Sequence record: LC819005.1
Length of the DNA: 64,000 nt
Direction: 5' to 3' (one strand)
In this document: positions 16,024-26,800 of the stretch, piece by piece
How positions within the stretch are numbered: the first letter of the stretch is position 1
Layout: every line of letters begins with the position of its first letter
Notes under the pieces: generated by a model
What the model saw: only the letters and a program-made list of their open reading frames with translations
Database searches by the model: none
What the model was told of the DNA's origin: nothing
Made by a program: the position numbers and the translations under genes

Positions 16024-16656
16024 ATGAGTCGTCTCACCTTTCCATCCATCCCGGGGTCTATCATGTTGTCCAAGTTGTCCATCCTTGCACGGTTAGCCGT
16101 GATTGCAATCGCGCTGTTTCTGTTCCTCATCAACACCACCGGCGTCTTGATGGTCTACTGGGCCCTGGGTGCGGGTTTCAGTTTGGCCACATTGTTTCGC
16201 ATCAAACGCAAGACCCCGAAAGGTGAGACAGTGGGCTTTCCCAAACAGATACCGATCGCTCTGGGGCGGACGTGTTACACTGGCACGCAGCGCGCGTTCA
16301 CGACTTACTTCGGTGGCTGGGCCGTCGACCAAGAAGCGATCAACATGGCTGCGATGCGTCGCGAAGACGGCTTTATCGTAGCAGTGGACCGCAAAGGCGG
16401 TTACGCTCAAATCGTGGACACGTTGTTCATGATGAAGCTGATCCGTTCGCCGGAACGTAGCTCGGTGATGAACTGGGAACGTGGTTATATCACTTCGGAA
16501 GGACAGTGGGTAACGGGTAAGAAGGTGATCAAGATTGCGCGGCTCGCAGGACAGTTGCCGCCTGACACGCCGATGCAACGGTTGTTGTCAATCGAAGATC
16601 TGAATCCGCAAGACGAAGCAGCTTTGGCGCGACAGGCCATGCCGGTGGTAAGTTAA
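16024..16656 (+). CDS. Hypothetical membrane protein
   Basis: 210 aa; two N-terminal hydrophobic helices; C-terminal GYITSEGQWV...IARLAGQL...LSIEDL motif. Confidence 0.75.
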   Translation: MSRLTFPSIPGSIMLSKLSILARLAVIAIALFLFLINTTGVLMVYWALGAGFSLATLFRIKRKTPKGETVGFPKQIPIALGRTCYTGTQRAFTTYFGGWAVDQEAINMAAMRREDGFIVAVDRKGGYAQIVDTLFMMKLIRSPERSSVMNWERGYITSEGQWVTGKKVIKIARLAGQLPPDTPMQRLLSIEDLNPQDEAALARQAMPVVS

Positions 16657-16657
16657 G

Positions 16658-16697
16658 CAGCATAAGCAGAGGGCAGGCGCCCTCTGCTTTTATGCCG
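16658..16697. terminator. Bidirectional hairpin + TATGC(C/T)G element
   Basis: AAGCAGAGGGC/GCCCTCTGCTT stem with TTATGCCG on + and TTATGCTG on -, between convergent genes. Confidence 0.8.
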
Positions 16698-17396
16698 TTA
16701 CGACGTGAAGGGTGCACTCGGAGGCGTGAATGCTCCGGTGTAGAGTGCCGTGCCGTTCACAGTGCGAAACTCGTCAATGTATCCGTTGTAGTTAAAAGGA
16801 GTCCCGGTGGTCGAGAGCGCCCAGTTACCAATCATCATCGGACCCGCTACATTGCCAAAGGTCGCACTGCTAACACGAGTCCCAGCCGACACTCCGTCTA
16901 TCCACAGAGTGTAAAGATTGTTCTGCCGTGTGAGCGCAATGTGTTGCCACTGACCCGCTTTGAGACCACCCGCGTTGACAATCTTGGTGGCGGGTTGCGG
17001 CTCCCCATCCAGCTTCAAGTAGGCAGTGCCCTGATAAAACTCCAAATAGGCTGATTGGGCGGTATTGCCACTTGTCGCATACTTACAGACTGGCACCGAA
17101 TCGTAGTTAGTAAAACTAACCAGATATGACCAGAATTCCAACGTGAAGTCGGTGGTGAACCGCAGAGTAGGATCATCAGGAACAGTGACGCAGCTATTCC
17201 AGTTTGGAAGAGCGAGAGATGACCCGCCAAATTTAGACTGAATCGTGCTAAGCGCCGCTCCTGCCGATGCCGTCAACGGTCGACCACTAACATCAACAAT
17301 CCCTGTAGAGCCATTCGGTCCGTCCAAATGCAGCAGCATCCGGTTAGGATCTCCGAGCGGTCTGGGTTTTCCGGTTGCTAAGATGAGTTCAAGCAC
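16698..17396 (-). CDS. LamG/ConA-like lectin domain tail protein
   Basis: LLHLDG, SKFGGSSL, DFTLEFW, WQHIALTRQ, YIDEFR and FTPPSAPF motifs; GTG start giving MLELIL. Confidence 0.85.
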   Translation of the reverse strand: MLELILATGKPRPLGDPNRMLLHLDGPNGSTGIVDVSGRPLTASAGAALSTIQSKFGGSSLALPNWNSCVTVPDDPTLRFTTDFTLEFWSYLVSFTNYDSVPVCKYATSGNTAQSAYLEFYQGTAYLKLDGEPQPATKIVNAGGLKAGQWQHIALTRQNNLYTLWIDGVSAGTRVSSATFGNVAGPMMIGNWALSTTGTPFNYNGYIDEFRTVNGTALYTGAFTPPSAPFTS

Positions 17397-17405
17397 TAGG
17401 GTTCC

Positions 17406-18707
17406 TTAGCTTATTGAGAGAAATTGAGCGGGATCAAGTGCTGTGCCTTTGACCAACCTCACCTTGCGAATGTAGCCATTAAAATAGCCACTCGAAATGG
17501 TGTCGCCGCTATTACCCAACCAAATGCTGTTTGCAGTCCCAACAATCTTTACCGTTGTCGCAAAGCTGTTTTCCAGTACTCCGTTCACATACAGTTTTAA
17601 GCTACCTGCTTTACGGAGAAGGGCTAGGTGAGTGGGAGAATTATAAGCAATCTGCGAGACGCTAGACATCACCGGAAACGTACCGTTGAGTCCAACGTTA
17701 TAGCGAGTCGAATCGGCACTCTGATGACCTGCAAAAATCGATAGAGAACCGTTAGCCGCCCATGTGCTGTAATTGCTAAACAGAGCCGGAAAAGATACGG
17801 TTCGTGCAACTGGCTTGATCACCATTTCCAGCGTAAAGTCATTCGGAAGAATGAAGTCGGGCTGGGTAGCGGTCATCGTCACATACTGGGATGAGCCATT
17901 CAGCCCAATACCGTTTCCAGCAGTTGCCGCCGCGCCACCAATGCTGGAGACACCGCGAGCGTAGTGGCTGGCGTCAGTCATCGCACCAGCCATTGCATTG
18001 ATATCGATCAACGTATCGTAGTGATCGAAAGGAGCGGTGGGTGGAGTAAAATCACCATCGTACAACACTGCGCCGACAATGCGGGTTTCATCCATGAAAC
18101 CTGGGAACTGCGAAGCCGTGTTGTATTGGTTACCACCAATAGTCCAGGTTCCGCCAGATAAACCAAAACCCAGTGCAGAAGTGACAGAGAGTTGCGTCAC
18201 TCCGTTGATGTAACCGGTATAGACACCGTTCTTCTTGACCACCGCCCAATGATTCCATTGGTTCAGTGGCCATGAACTGGTGGGTGCGAGGCTACGCCAG
18301 CCCGCGCCATCGGTCAGATAGATACCCAGACCCATGTTGCTCTGCTGACCAATCGTTGTCTGATGGGTACTGTCGTTAGCCGTCTTACAGCTAAACATTG
18401 TGGTATCGCCAAAGCCAGCATTCCGGTATGCCCAGCCTTCGATGGTGAAATTATCCGAAAGTGTGAGCCATACACTGGTTGCGATCTGAAGATTTCCGTT
18501 GCCCGGATTGAAAGACGAGCCGCCAAACTTGGACTGCGCGGTGCTCAGCGCTGCGGAGCCAGACACGGACGTCGTGAGTCCATTGTCTTCCGGAATCGTC
18601 GTCGAGCCATTGGTCCCGTCAAAGTGGACCAGCATGAAAGTTTTAAGATCATTCGACGGCGCCACGACCGCCGGCTTCTTATAAGTAGAGAGAAGAGCTT
18701 CGAGCAT
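17406..18707 (-). CDS. Tandem LamG/ConA-like lectin tail protein
   Basis: Two LamG repeats (NFTIEGW...WNHWAVVK...MDETR; DFTLEMV...HLALLRK...YIRKVR); probable start MLEALL. Confidence 0.85.
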   Translation of the reverse strand: MLEALLSTYKKPAVVAPSNDLKTFMLVHFDGTNGSTTIPEDNGLTTSVSGSAALSTAQSKFGGSSFNPGNGNLQIATSVWLTLSDNFTIEGWAYRNAGFGDTTMFSCKTANDSTHQTTIGQQSNMGLGIYLTDGAGWRSLAPTSSWPLNQWNHWAVVKKNGVYTGYINGVTQLSVTSALGFGLSGGTWTIGGNQYNTASQFPGFMDETRIVGAVLYDGDFTPPTAPFDHYDTLIDINAMAGAMTDASHYARGVSSIGGAAATAGNGIGLNGSSQYVTMTATQPDFILPNDFTLEMVIKPVARTVSFPALFSNYSTWAANGSLSIFAGHQSADSTRYNVGLNGTFPVMSSVSQIAYNSPTHLALLRKAGSLKLYVNGVLENSFATTVKIVGTANSIWLGNSGDTISSGYFNGYIRKVRLVKGTALDPAQFLSIS

Positions 18708-18750
18708 GTTGGAATAATCCAAGGAATTTAGCCGTACACATACGATTCAG

Positions 18751-18780
18751 CGGCATAGAGGGCTGGTTTTCCCAGCCCTC
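18751..18780 (-). terminator. Hairpin + TATGCCG element
   Basis: GAGGGCTGGG/CCAGCCCTC stem then TATGCCG. Confidence 0.7.
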
Positions 18781-18794
18781 TACACATTTGCTTT

Positions 18795-19805
18795 TTATGT
18801 CGTGATCAGTTCCAGCACAGGTCGCCAATACTGCTGCGTGTTATACGCCACGGTGTTGGTCTTGCCCGGATGATACGTTGACCCGGATGGAGGCAGATAA
18901 CCGCGAGTAACGGTTTTCAGGCCAGGGATGAGTTCTTGGTGCAGATTATTTTCATTCACCCCGACGTAGGCAGCCGAACCATTGAACGCCAGGTTCGCGT
19001 CGAACGCACCCCAGTTCTCGCCGCGCTGTGAAGCCGCTGTCCAGGAGAACATCTTCATCATCAGATCGCTCCATTCCGACCCAACCAGATTAAGCGTTGT
19101 GTCGTAGGAGTCGGCTGAGTACCAGGTATTGCCAATCGGCGAGGTGGCGACCGCCGCGGTGTTGCTGTTGACAAAATCCGAAGTCAGATCGAAACCCGGC
19201 GGCACCGCAGTCGGGAGTCTGACCTTGAACTGCGAGTTCTGAACCGTGATAATGCGTTGCTGATTGACAGCAGCCAGCGTATTGTAGTCACGCGGACCAT
19301 TGTCATTCGTACCATACACCAGGCCACCCGCGTACAGAACCGACCACGCAGTAGCACCCACGGGCTGAGTTGGAATGAACAGCGTCTTGCCTTTATAAGC
19401 AAACTTAAACCATTGCGGAGTGGCCCACGTGCTTTTGGTCGGTACGCTCACATTCGACCACGTAATGAACGTAGTCCAGTCCATGAAGTCGGTTGCACTC
19501 AGCACGCCGTAATAACCCAAATCCTGATCGCCGGCGATCAGAGTCTGTGGACCAGGACCGCTATACGCCGCGGCCGTTGCCTGGATATTCGGCGTCTTAA
19601 TGCTGTCCGATCCTTTAAAGACCTCCAACATGTAGTAGTACGTCACGCCAAACAGAATACCGGTGTCGGTGTAGGTAGTGGCGTTGCCTGCGATGGTGTC
19701 GTACACCGCCGGCAGATTCGCCGGGTCGATGGCAGAAGCCGAGCGATATACCCGAACGCCGTCTGCATTCGGGTTAAGATTTTGCCAGCCAATTTTGATT
19801 TGCAT
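18795..19805 (-). CDS. Putative virion structural protein (FN3-like N-terminus + GPGPQ-GD domain)
   Basis: GPGPQTLIAGDQDLGYYG, WFKFAYKGKTLF and WRPVLEL motifs shared with two neighbours. Confidence 0.75.
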   Translation of the reverse strand: MQIKIGWQNLNPNADGVRVYRSASAIDPANLPAVYDTIAGNATTYTDTGILFGVTYYYMLEVFKGSDSIKTPNIQATAAAYSGPGPQTLIAGDQDLGYYGVLSATDFMDWTTFITWSNVSVPTKSTWATPQWFKFAYKGKTLFIPTQPVGATAWSVLYAGGLVYGTNDNGPRDYNTLAAVNQQRIITVQNSQFKVRLPTAVPPGFDLTSDFVNSNTAAVATSPIGNTWYSADSYDTTLNLVGSEWSDLMMKMFSWTAASQRGENWGAFDANLAFNGSAAYVGVNENNLHQELIPGLKTVTRGYLPPSGSTYHPGKTNTVAYNTQQYWRPVLELITT

Positions 19806-19826
19806 GGTAAAGCTACCTTAAATTCG

Positions 19827-20843
19827 TTAGAGCACCAATTCCATCACCGGACGCCAGCCACCGTAGAGAATCACTCCCGACGTGTTGTTCACCGTAACCG
19901 TCACGTTTGGCGCAGTGGTCGTACAGGCAGAGTAACAGCCAGGATTCCACCCTGCGCCAGCGGTGCTGATTCGACCACCGCGAACTGGAACGATGGTGTT
20001 TGCCATCAGCGGCGCTTGCTGACACATATCGCCGAGCGCTACGCCAGAAGCGTAGGGACCAAATTCATCGCGCAGATTAGTGAAAGTGCCGTACGCTTTG
20101 TCGCCAGTCCAGCGCAATGAATACGCACCTACAGTGCTCACAACGGCACCACAGATGTCATCGTACTCGCTGGCCATCGGTGCAGCCAGCAACGAGTTTC
20201 CGAGACCTAGCCCGGGGGCTGCATTCTGGGTCGCAGGCAATCCCTGAAGCATGCGAGGAATATACGAGAACCCGCCAATAGTCATCGGCTTGTACTGGTT
20301 GGTTGCTGTTCCGCCGCTCGGGACAATCAAGCCATTGTCGTTGGTGCCGTACACGAGACCAAGACCGTACAGGGTATTGTAGGTAATGCCGAAACGCGCA
20401 GCGTTTTTGGCAATAAACAATACCTTGCCCTTGTAGGCCATCTTGATCCAGTCTTTGTCAGGCGGTGAACTGCCGGCCAAGGTAAGCGCAGTGCCCAGAT
20501 TAGCGTAGGTAATAAAGTCAGCCGAGCGCACCGGACCAAAATAGCCGTAGTCCCAATCACCCGCCTGCAGTGTTTGCGGACCCGGACCCGTGTCTGCCGG
20601 AGCCACCGCACGGATCACGATATTCTTGGTGAGGACAATGTCCGTGCCTTTAACACTACCGATGCGATAGTAATACTTCGTCCCACGCACCGCTGTGGTA
20701 TCGACGTAAGTGTTAGCACCTGCGGCGACCGAAGCGAGCGGAGTCGGTAAGGGCGTATCGGGAATCGGACTGGTATCGCGGTACACATTCACGCTATCTT
20801 CCAGTCCGGTGTTGTAGTTGTTCCAATTGAGAGTGAGATTCAT
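19827..20843 (-). CDS. Putative virion structural protein, paralog of 18795..19805
   Basis: FN3-like YVDTTAVRGTKYYYRI; GPGPQTLQAGDWDYGYFG; WIKMAYKGKVLF; WRPVMEL. Confidence 0.75.
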   Translation of the reverse strand: MNLTLNWNNYNTGLEDSVNVYRDTSPIPDTPLPTPLASVAAGANTYVDTTAVRGTKYYYRIGSVKGTDIVLTKNIVIRAVAPADTGPGPQTLQAGDWDYGYFGPVRSADFITYANLGTALTLAGSSPPDKDWIKMAYKGKVLFIAKNAARFGITYNTLYGLGLVYGTNDNGLIVPSGGTATNQYKPMTIGGFSYIPRMLQGLPATQNAAPGLGLGNSLLAAPMASEYDDICGAVVSTVGAYSLRWTGDKAYGTFTNLRDEFGPYASGVALGDMCQQAPLMANTIVPVRGGRISTAGAGWNPGCYSACTTTAPNVTVTVNNTSGVILYGGWRPVMELVL

Positions 20844-20856
20844 GCTTAACTCGTAC

Positions 20857-21852
20857 TTATGGGTTAAAGGTGGCGGTTATCGCGCTTACCGGTCGCTGGT
20901 TAGCGTTAGCCGGCACCGGGAGGCTCAGTCGCGTGATCCCAGTCAATGCAGACATAACCGTACCTACTGAGCGCTGTGCAGTTGTTTTAGGCACGCCTGC
21001 AGTCAGACGTTGAACGTTGGTCAGATCTCCCGCACCGGTCACGCTCGGTCCGCCATAACCGGATCGGAAACCAGACGGAATAACAAAAGTATTACGGAAA
21101 GCGAACAGGTCGTTCGGCATCACTAATTCCAACACCGGGCGCCAAGCCATCAGCGCATTAGTGTTAGTCTTAAGAATAGACTGATACGAATTAATCGTAC
21201 CGTTACCGCGACCCACGTAAGAGGTTGTGGCCGACGACATGGACTCGCGCGTGATATCCCAATTACTGGCGGTCATGCCCAAGTCCAGACCTGCTTGATA
21301 ATTCGCCCAACGATCTGCGGGATAGTTAGCAACCGCTATAGAGGCTACGCGGTAGAGCAAGTCCGTCCACATCGATGCACGGACGGTGGTTTCATTTTGC
21401 GTTGAAGTGGTTGCATTAATCAACGTAGGATCAACTGCATCACCTGTGATTGTCTGGACTTTAAAGCGGTACGGCCCTGTAGTCGCAAAGGTGAGTTGAT
21501 TGACTGGCGCGCCATTGTTATACGTGCCGGTATCGTCTCGACCGTAAATAGCGCCCAGCCCATAAAGCGCATTCCAAGAAATGCCGGTGATCATCGGCTT
21601 CTTGGCAATAAACAGATAACGCCCTTTGTAAGCGAACTTAAGCCAGGTAGCGCCATTGACCTGAGTGTAGCCCACCATGCCGCCTAACTGGGCAGCTAGC
21701 CCTGTAGAGCTGAGTAAGTCGCTCGAATTCACCTCACCAAAGAAACCAAGGGTTTGGTCACCGAACAACATCTGCTGCGGACCGGGGCCGGAGTCGAGAT
21801 AAACAGGTTTATTCCCCGCGCCTCCGCCACTCATTAAAAGTAATTCTAACAT
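20857..21852 (-). CDS. Putative virion structural protein, same family, with MLELLL N-terminus
   Basis: GPGPQQMLFGDQTLGFFG, WLKFAYKGRYLF, WRPVLEL. Confidence 0.75.
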   Translation of the reverse strand: MLELLLMSGGGAGNKPVYLDSGPGPQQMLFGDQTLGFFGEVNSSDLLSSTGLAAQLGGMVGYTQVNGATWLKFAYKGRYLFIAKKPMITGISWNALYGLGAIYGRDDTGTYNNGAPVNQLTFATTGPYRFKVQTITGDAVDPTLINATTSTQNETTVRASMWTDLLYRVASIAVANYPADRWANYQAGLDLGMTASNWDITRESMSSATTSYVGRGNGTINSYQSILKTNTNALMAWRPVLELVMPNDLFAFRNTFVIPSGFRSGYGGPSVTGAGDLTNVQRLTAGVPKTTAQRSVGTVMSALTGITRLSLPVPANANQRPVSAITATFNP

Positions 21853-21928
21853 GGGACTCCCCCAAAAGCTTACATAGCATTTACAACAGCATAAAGACCG
21901 GGGCTGCCCCGGTCCCCACGCGTGAGTC

Positions 21929-23086
21929 TTACTGCAGGATTTCCTTCAACGTGCTATCGGCCAACGCCAACCCAGTTACCGTCTTCAGCGTATCGAAGTT
22001 GGTGCCGTCATTGCTACCCTGAATCACAAGGCTGGAAGGCTGTTGGCTCGCACCAGTGAGTGCCGCAATCTTGATCGAGTCAAACGACCGCGCTTGTCCC
22101 AGATCCACCATCCACCAGTGCGGTGGTGTCTGACTTCCGGATGACCAGCGATGTTCAGGAAGCCCGTCGATGATGCCGTCGATTGCATTGCCTGGCGCTT
22201 GTGGAAGCCCGGTCAGGGTATAGTAGCTGCTGGCCGTGGCGACAGTGCCGCTCTTGGTACACCAGTTTGTGCCGGTCGCCGAATCAATAACCTGCACTTC
22301 ACTCAACGTACCGTATCCACCACCGATCGGCGCAATGCTGTTCAATCGAACATAGCGATACGAGCCCGAGTTCGGGAACGAGGTCGGCGGCGTGAACGAT
22401 GCATTGGTGTAACGCGCAATCCCGTTGGTAAGACGGAAAGCATCTATCAGACCCGGAAAGGAGAAACCTCCGCCACCAGTACGCGCGCCTACCGTTGGCT
22501 TATAACCGCTGTACCACGGCACAGCCACACCGGAACCAATACTGCCCTGAGCGATACGAACACCGTCCAGATATATCCAGATCGTCGCACCCTGTCTAAC
22601 CGCCGCGATGTGTGACCAGACGTTTTGCGTCATGGAAACGGACGCAGAGGTCAGATCCAGCAACGTCCCAGAGTCCCCACGGATCAAAACTCGTGGCTTG
22701 GCTCCAGAGGCAATGTTACCGAGCAACTCGAATGAAAAGATTTGCTGGTTGCCCGTAGTCTCGCCCTGGTAGTAGATGCCACAATCGTTACTCGTGGGGA
22801 TGTCCGAAATCCGATTAACGATGGCTTCAATCGTCCAGTCATTGGTGCCGAGGTTAAACTCGCTGGCATTGGGCGTGTTGTAGTTCGAGAGCGAACTCCG
22901 GAAGTCAACTGCCGTGCCGTGCGTGTCTGTAACAAAGGAAGGAGAACCTCCCGCAGTCATCGCGTGACCTTTTACATCGGTGCCGTTGCCATTAAACTGC
23001 ATCAACAACTTGACGTACGAGAAATAGGGATCGGCTGGCGCAATCGATACGCCAGGAGGCTTCCCGCCCAACAAAAATTCCAACAT
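21929..23086 (-). CDS. LamG + discoidin (F5/8 type C)-like tail adhesin
   Basis: DWTIEA...WSHIAAVRQG...IDAFRLT followed by ASSYY...NAIDG...WSS...WWMVDLG; probable start MLEFLL. Confidence 0.85.
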   Translation of the reverse strand: MLEFLLGGKPPGVSIAPADPYFSYVKLLMQFNGNGTDVKGHAMTAGGSPSFVTDTHGTAVDFRSSLSNYNTPNASEFNLGTNDWTIEAIVNRISDIPTSNDCGIYYQGETTGNQQIFSFELLGNIASGAKPRVLIRGDSGTLLDLTSASVSMTQNVWSHIAAVRQGATIWIYLDGVRIAQGSIGSGVAVPWYSGYKPTVGARTGGGGFSFPGLIDAFRLTNGIARYTNASFTPPTSFPNSGSYRYVRLNSIAPIGGGYGTLSEVQVIDSATGTNWCTKSGTVATASSYYTLTGLPQAPGNAIDGIIDGLPEHRWSSGSQTPPHWWMVDLGQARSFDSIKIAALTGASQQPSSLVIQGSNDGTNFDTLKTVTGLALADSTLKEILQ

Positions 23087-23122
23087 AGCGAGCACCGGCT
23101 AGAAATATTCACATAGGATTTG

Positions 23123-23160
23123 CGTCATAAAAGCCGGGGTCTCCCCCGGCCCTTATGCCG
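23123..23160. terminator. Symmetric hairpin + TATG element
   Basis: GCCGGGG/CCCCGGC stem with TTATGCCG on + and TTTTATGACG on -. Confidence 0.7.
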
Positions 23161-23167
23161 TCAAACC

Positions 23168-23821
23168 TTAGACGTCGAGCGTTGCCGGAATGGCCGGCAG
23201 TTCTGCGAGCGTCGTTGCCGCGTCAATCTCCGACTTCAGCGCCCAGCTCGCGCCGTACACTGCGGACACGCGCTGGAAGGCCGCGTTCGACATAGCAACC
23301 ACGCCATTGGCCGAAACCTGCACGACCTTGTTTTCCAGCGTACGGAAAGGCAGCAACGCATCGCCCTGACCTGCTGCGATCATGCCATCAGCCGTCACGC
23401 GCAGACCCGTGATGTTGATACAGTCACGGTCACGCAGCTGCACGCCTTGTACGCCATCTTCACCACCGAAGTCGTACTGGAAGCCGTTAGCCAGCGTGGT
23501 GTCGCGCAGTGTATCGACTTGCGCCGACAGCGTCGGTTTCTGAGCTGCGAGTTGAGCTGCGAGTTCGTCCGCGGAGAAAGCACGGGCGGTCCATTGCTGG
23601 GTCCACACGCCTTCCACTTGAACCGGCGCTGCTTCGGCCACCACATCGCCCGTCGGTTGAGCGGTCGGAGCAACCACAGCGTAGCCGAGGTCTTCGATGA
23701 TCGTTTCATCGGGTTCCGCAGCAAAGCTGGTGTTCGGATTGTCCTGGCGGATCTTGAACAACGACACCGGATAGTCCAGTGTGTCGACCTTGATCAGCAA
23801 GGTGCTTGCAGTGATGTTCAT
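23168..23821 (-). CDS. Tail fibre assembly chaperone (DUF4376-like)
   Basis: N-terminal NPNTSF...LGYAVV...W.Q.W and C-terminal LRDTTLANGF...QLRDRD...SWALKSEIDAA; directly downstream of the fibre. Confidence 0.75.
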   Translation of the reverse strand: MNITASTLLIKVDTLDYPVSLFKIRQDNPNTSFAAEPDETIIEDLGYAVVAPTAQPTGDVVAEAAPVQVEGVWTQQWTARAFSADELAAQLAAQKPTLSAQVDTLRDTTLANGFQYDFGGEDGVQGVQLRDRDCINITGLRVTADGMIAAGQGDALLPFRTLENKVVQVSANGVVAMSNAAFQRVSAVYGASWALKSEIDAATTLAELPAIPATLDV

Positions 23822-23872
23822 CTCTTTATTCCTGATGGGTGCGGGACGAGCCGAAGCCCGCCCCTAGGTTAC

Positions 23873-26800
23873 TTAGGCAGTTGCGCCCACCGAGCCCGTC
23901 CACTTCGTACCATCCCAGAGCAGGATGACGTTGGTGTACGTTGCGCCCAGCGTCGGAGCCGTACCGCCGCTCCAGCTGATGGTCGGCCAGGTGATCGCTG
24001 CGGCATTACCCGTCACGCACACCACGACCGTCATCGCACGGTTGGCACCCGGTGCGTTAGCAAACGCGAGAGTCTTGGCCGTAGCCGCGCTCACCGTGAA
24101 TGCCTGGTTCACAGCCAGGTCCAGCGTCGCCGTTGCAGCAGCAATCGGCAAGTCGTAACGGTCCAGGCGCTTCAGACCGATCGTCGTGCCGTTGTTGTAC
24201 GCAACGTAGTAGGCGCTGTCGTTCGGCGCCAGCGGCGTCGCGAGCGTAGCAAGGTCAGTCCAGTTGCCACCCTTCTGCACGTAAGCCTTGGTGTCGTTCG
24301 GAGCAGCGACCGTGGTAAGCGTCGACAGATCCGTCCAGTTACCACCCTTTTGAACATAGGCTTTCGTATCGTTCGGGGCTTTCGAATCGGTGAGCGTCGA
24401 AAGGTCAACCCAAGCGCCAGTCTTTTGGACATACGCTTTGGTATCATTCGGTGCAGGGGTTTGCGTGACCGTAGCCGCGTCCACCCAGGCACCACCCTTC
24501 TGCACATAGGCCTTCGAGTCATTCGGAGCGAGTGCCGTAGCGAGGGTCGCGAGATCAGTCCAGTTTCCGCCCTTTTGGACGTACGCCTTCGCATCATTCG
24601 GTGCCTGCGCTTGCTGAACCCATGCGCCATCCTTACGGATGTACACACCGTGATCCAGCGGAGCCTCACCCACGACCGGTGCCGGCAGCGGCACCCATGC
24701 GCCGTTCTCACGAACGTACATGGTGTCATCGAGGTTGGCGTCGTACACGTTACCGCCACCCAGGAAGCCGAGCCAGCTCCAGGCCACCGTGGTGGTTTTC
24801 TGGAAGAAGCGCAGCGTCGAGCTGTTGAGGAAGTAGTCGCCCACCACCCCGTCAGCCGGGTTCGGATCGCGACCGAGCACAATCCAGCGCGTGCCTTGGT
24901 CACCACGATCACCCTTCAGACCCTGGATACCCTGTACGCCCTGCAGACCTTGCAAGCCCTGCAGACCGCGATCACCCTTGGGACCCTGAATCAGACCCAC
25001 ATCGATGAACGCCGTGCCCGTCCACGCCCAACCATGCAGCGTGTCGGAAGCGATGTACATGTCGCCAGCGTTGGTCGCCGAACCCGGCAGAGCCGAGCTG
25101 GTAGCCACCGTACCGAGGATCTTCACGCCCGGGCCCATTGCACCCGTATCGCCTTGGTCGCCCTTGTCGCCCTTGTCGCCTTTCAGACCTTGAATACCCT
25201 GGATACCTTGCAGACCTTGGTCGCCTTGCAAACCTTGCAGACCCTGATCGCCCTGGTCACCCTTCCATTGACCTGCGTCAACCCAGACCGTACCGTTCCA
25301 CGACCAGAGATGACCTGCTACCGTCCAGGCGTCGCCTGCGGTGTTGCCAGTAGCCGGAAGACTGCCAGTATCGGGCTTGGTGCCGAGGACCTTGACGTTG
25401 GCACCAGTATCACCCTTGTCGCCCTTATCCCCCTTCACGCCTTGGATACCTTGAATGCCTTGGAGACCGGTGTTACCCGTGTCACCCTTATCACCCTTGT
25501 CTCCTTTAACGCCTTGAATACCCTGCAGACCCTGATCGCCCTTCGGACCTTGAATCATGCCGAGGTCTTCGAACGCAGCACCCGTCCAGCCCCAGAAATG
25601 GCCCTGGATCAGGTAACCATCACCAATGGCTTCGGTGGTGTGTGCGGGCAGCTGCGAGGAATCCGCAAACGTACCGAGAATTTTGATACCCGGACCAAGG
25701 TCACCCTTCACACCTTGAACACCCTGAATACCCTGAATCCCTTGGATACCCTGGTCGCCCTTGTCTCCCTTATCGCCTTTATCGCCCTTGACACCCTGAA
25801 TACCTTGGATGCCTTGGTCACCCTTCGGACCGATGAACGGACCGAGATCCTGCCACGCATTGCTGGAGAACAGGAACAGGTGCGTGCCGGCGATGTACGC
25901 GGTTTGATCCGGAGGCGTAGCGGGCAACGAAGCTTGATCTGCCACCGTGCCCGTGATCACGAGACCACGACCGGTCGGACCCGTCAGACCCGTGTCGCCC
26001 TTTGCGCCCTTGAGCGAAGCGAGCCACTGAGTCTGCGTACCCACGAAGCCGTTGTCGACTGCCGTCTGGTAAGCCGAATCACCTGCCACACCTTGGAGCG
26101 ACGCAAGCCATTGTGCTTGCGTACCAACAAAGCCACCAGCCACTGCCGCCGTATAAGCGGAGTCGCCGTTTGCACCCTTGTCGCCGGTGTCACCCTTGAC
26201 ACCTTGGATACCCTGCACACCTTGCAAGCCTTGCGGACCTTGCACGGGACCCACGTCGATGAACGCGGAACCGGTCCATGCCCAGCCGTGGAGCGTATCC
26301 AGGGCAATGTACATGTCACCAGCCGTACCCGAGCTGCCCGGGAGTGCTGCGCTGTTGGCAACGGTGCCCAGGATTTTCACGCCAGGACCCATCGGGCCGA
26401 CGTTACCTTGATCACCCTTATCACCCTTCGGACCTTGCGGACCGACGAGCGTAGCCAACCAGGCCGATTGCGAACCGACGAAGCCGCTGTCCAGCGCGAG
26501 CTGATACGCCGTCTTACCAACCAGCGATTGCAGCCAGGCAGCCTGCGTGCCAACGAAACCATTCGCCTGAGCGACTTGGTAGGCGGTCTTACCGTTGAGC
26601 GACGTGATCCACTGCGAGAGCGTCATCGTACCCGGGATCAGACCTGCATCCTTCGCGAGCTGGTAGGCCGACTTACCATCCGGACCCACTTGACCCACCG
26701 GCACCCAGCTCGTGCCGTCCCACACCCACATCACTGCATCGATGATGAACGCGTCACCTGCGGTGTTGCCTTCCGGACCCGGGGGGAGATCACCCACCGT

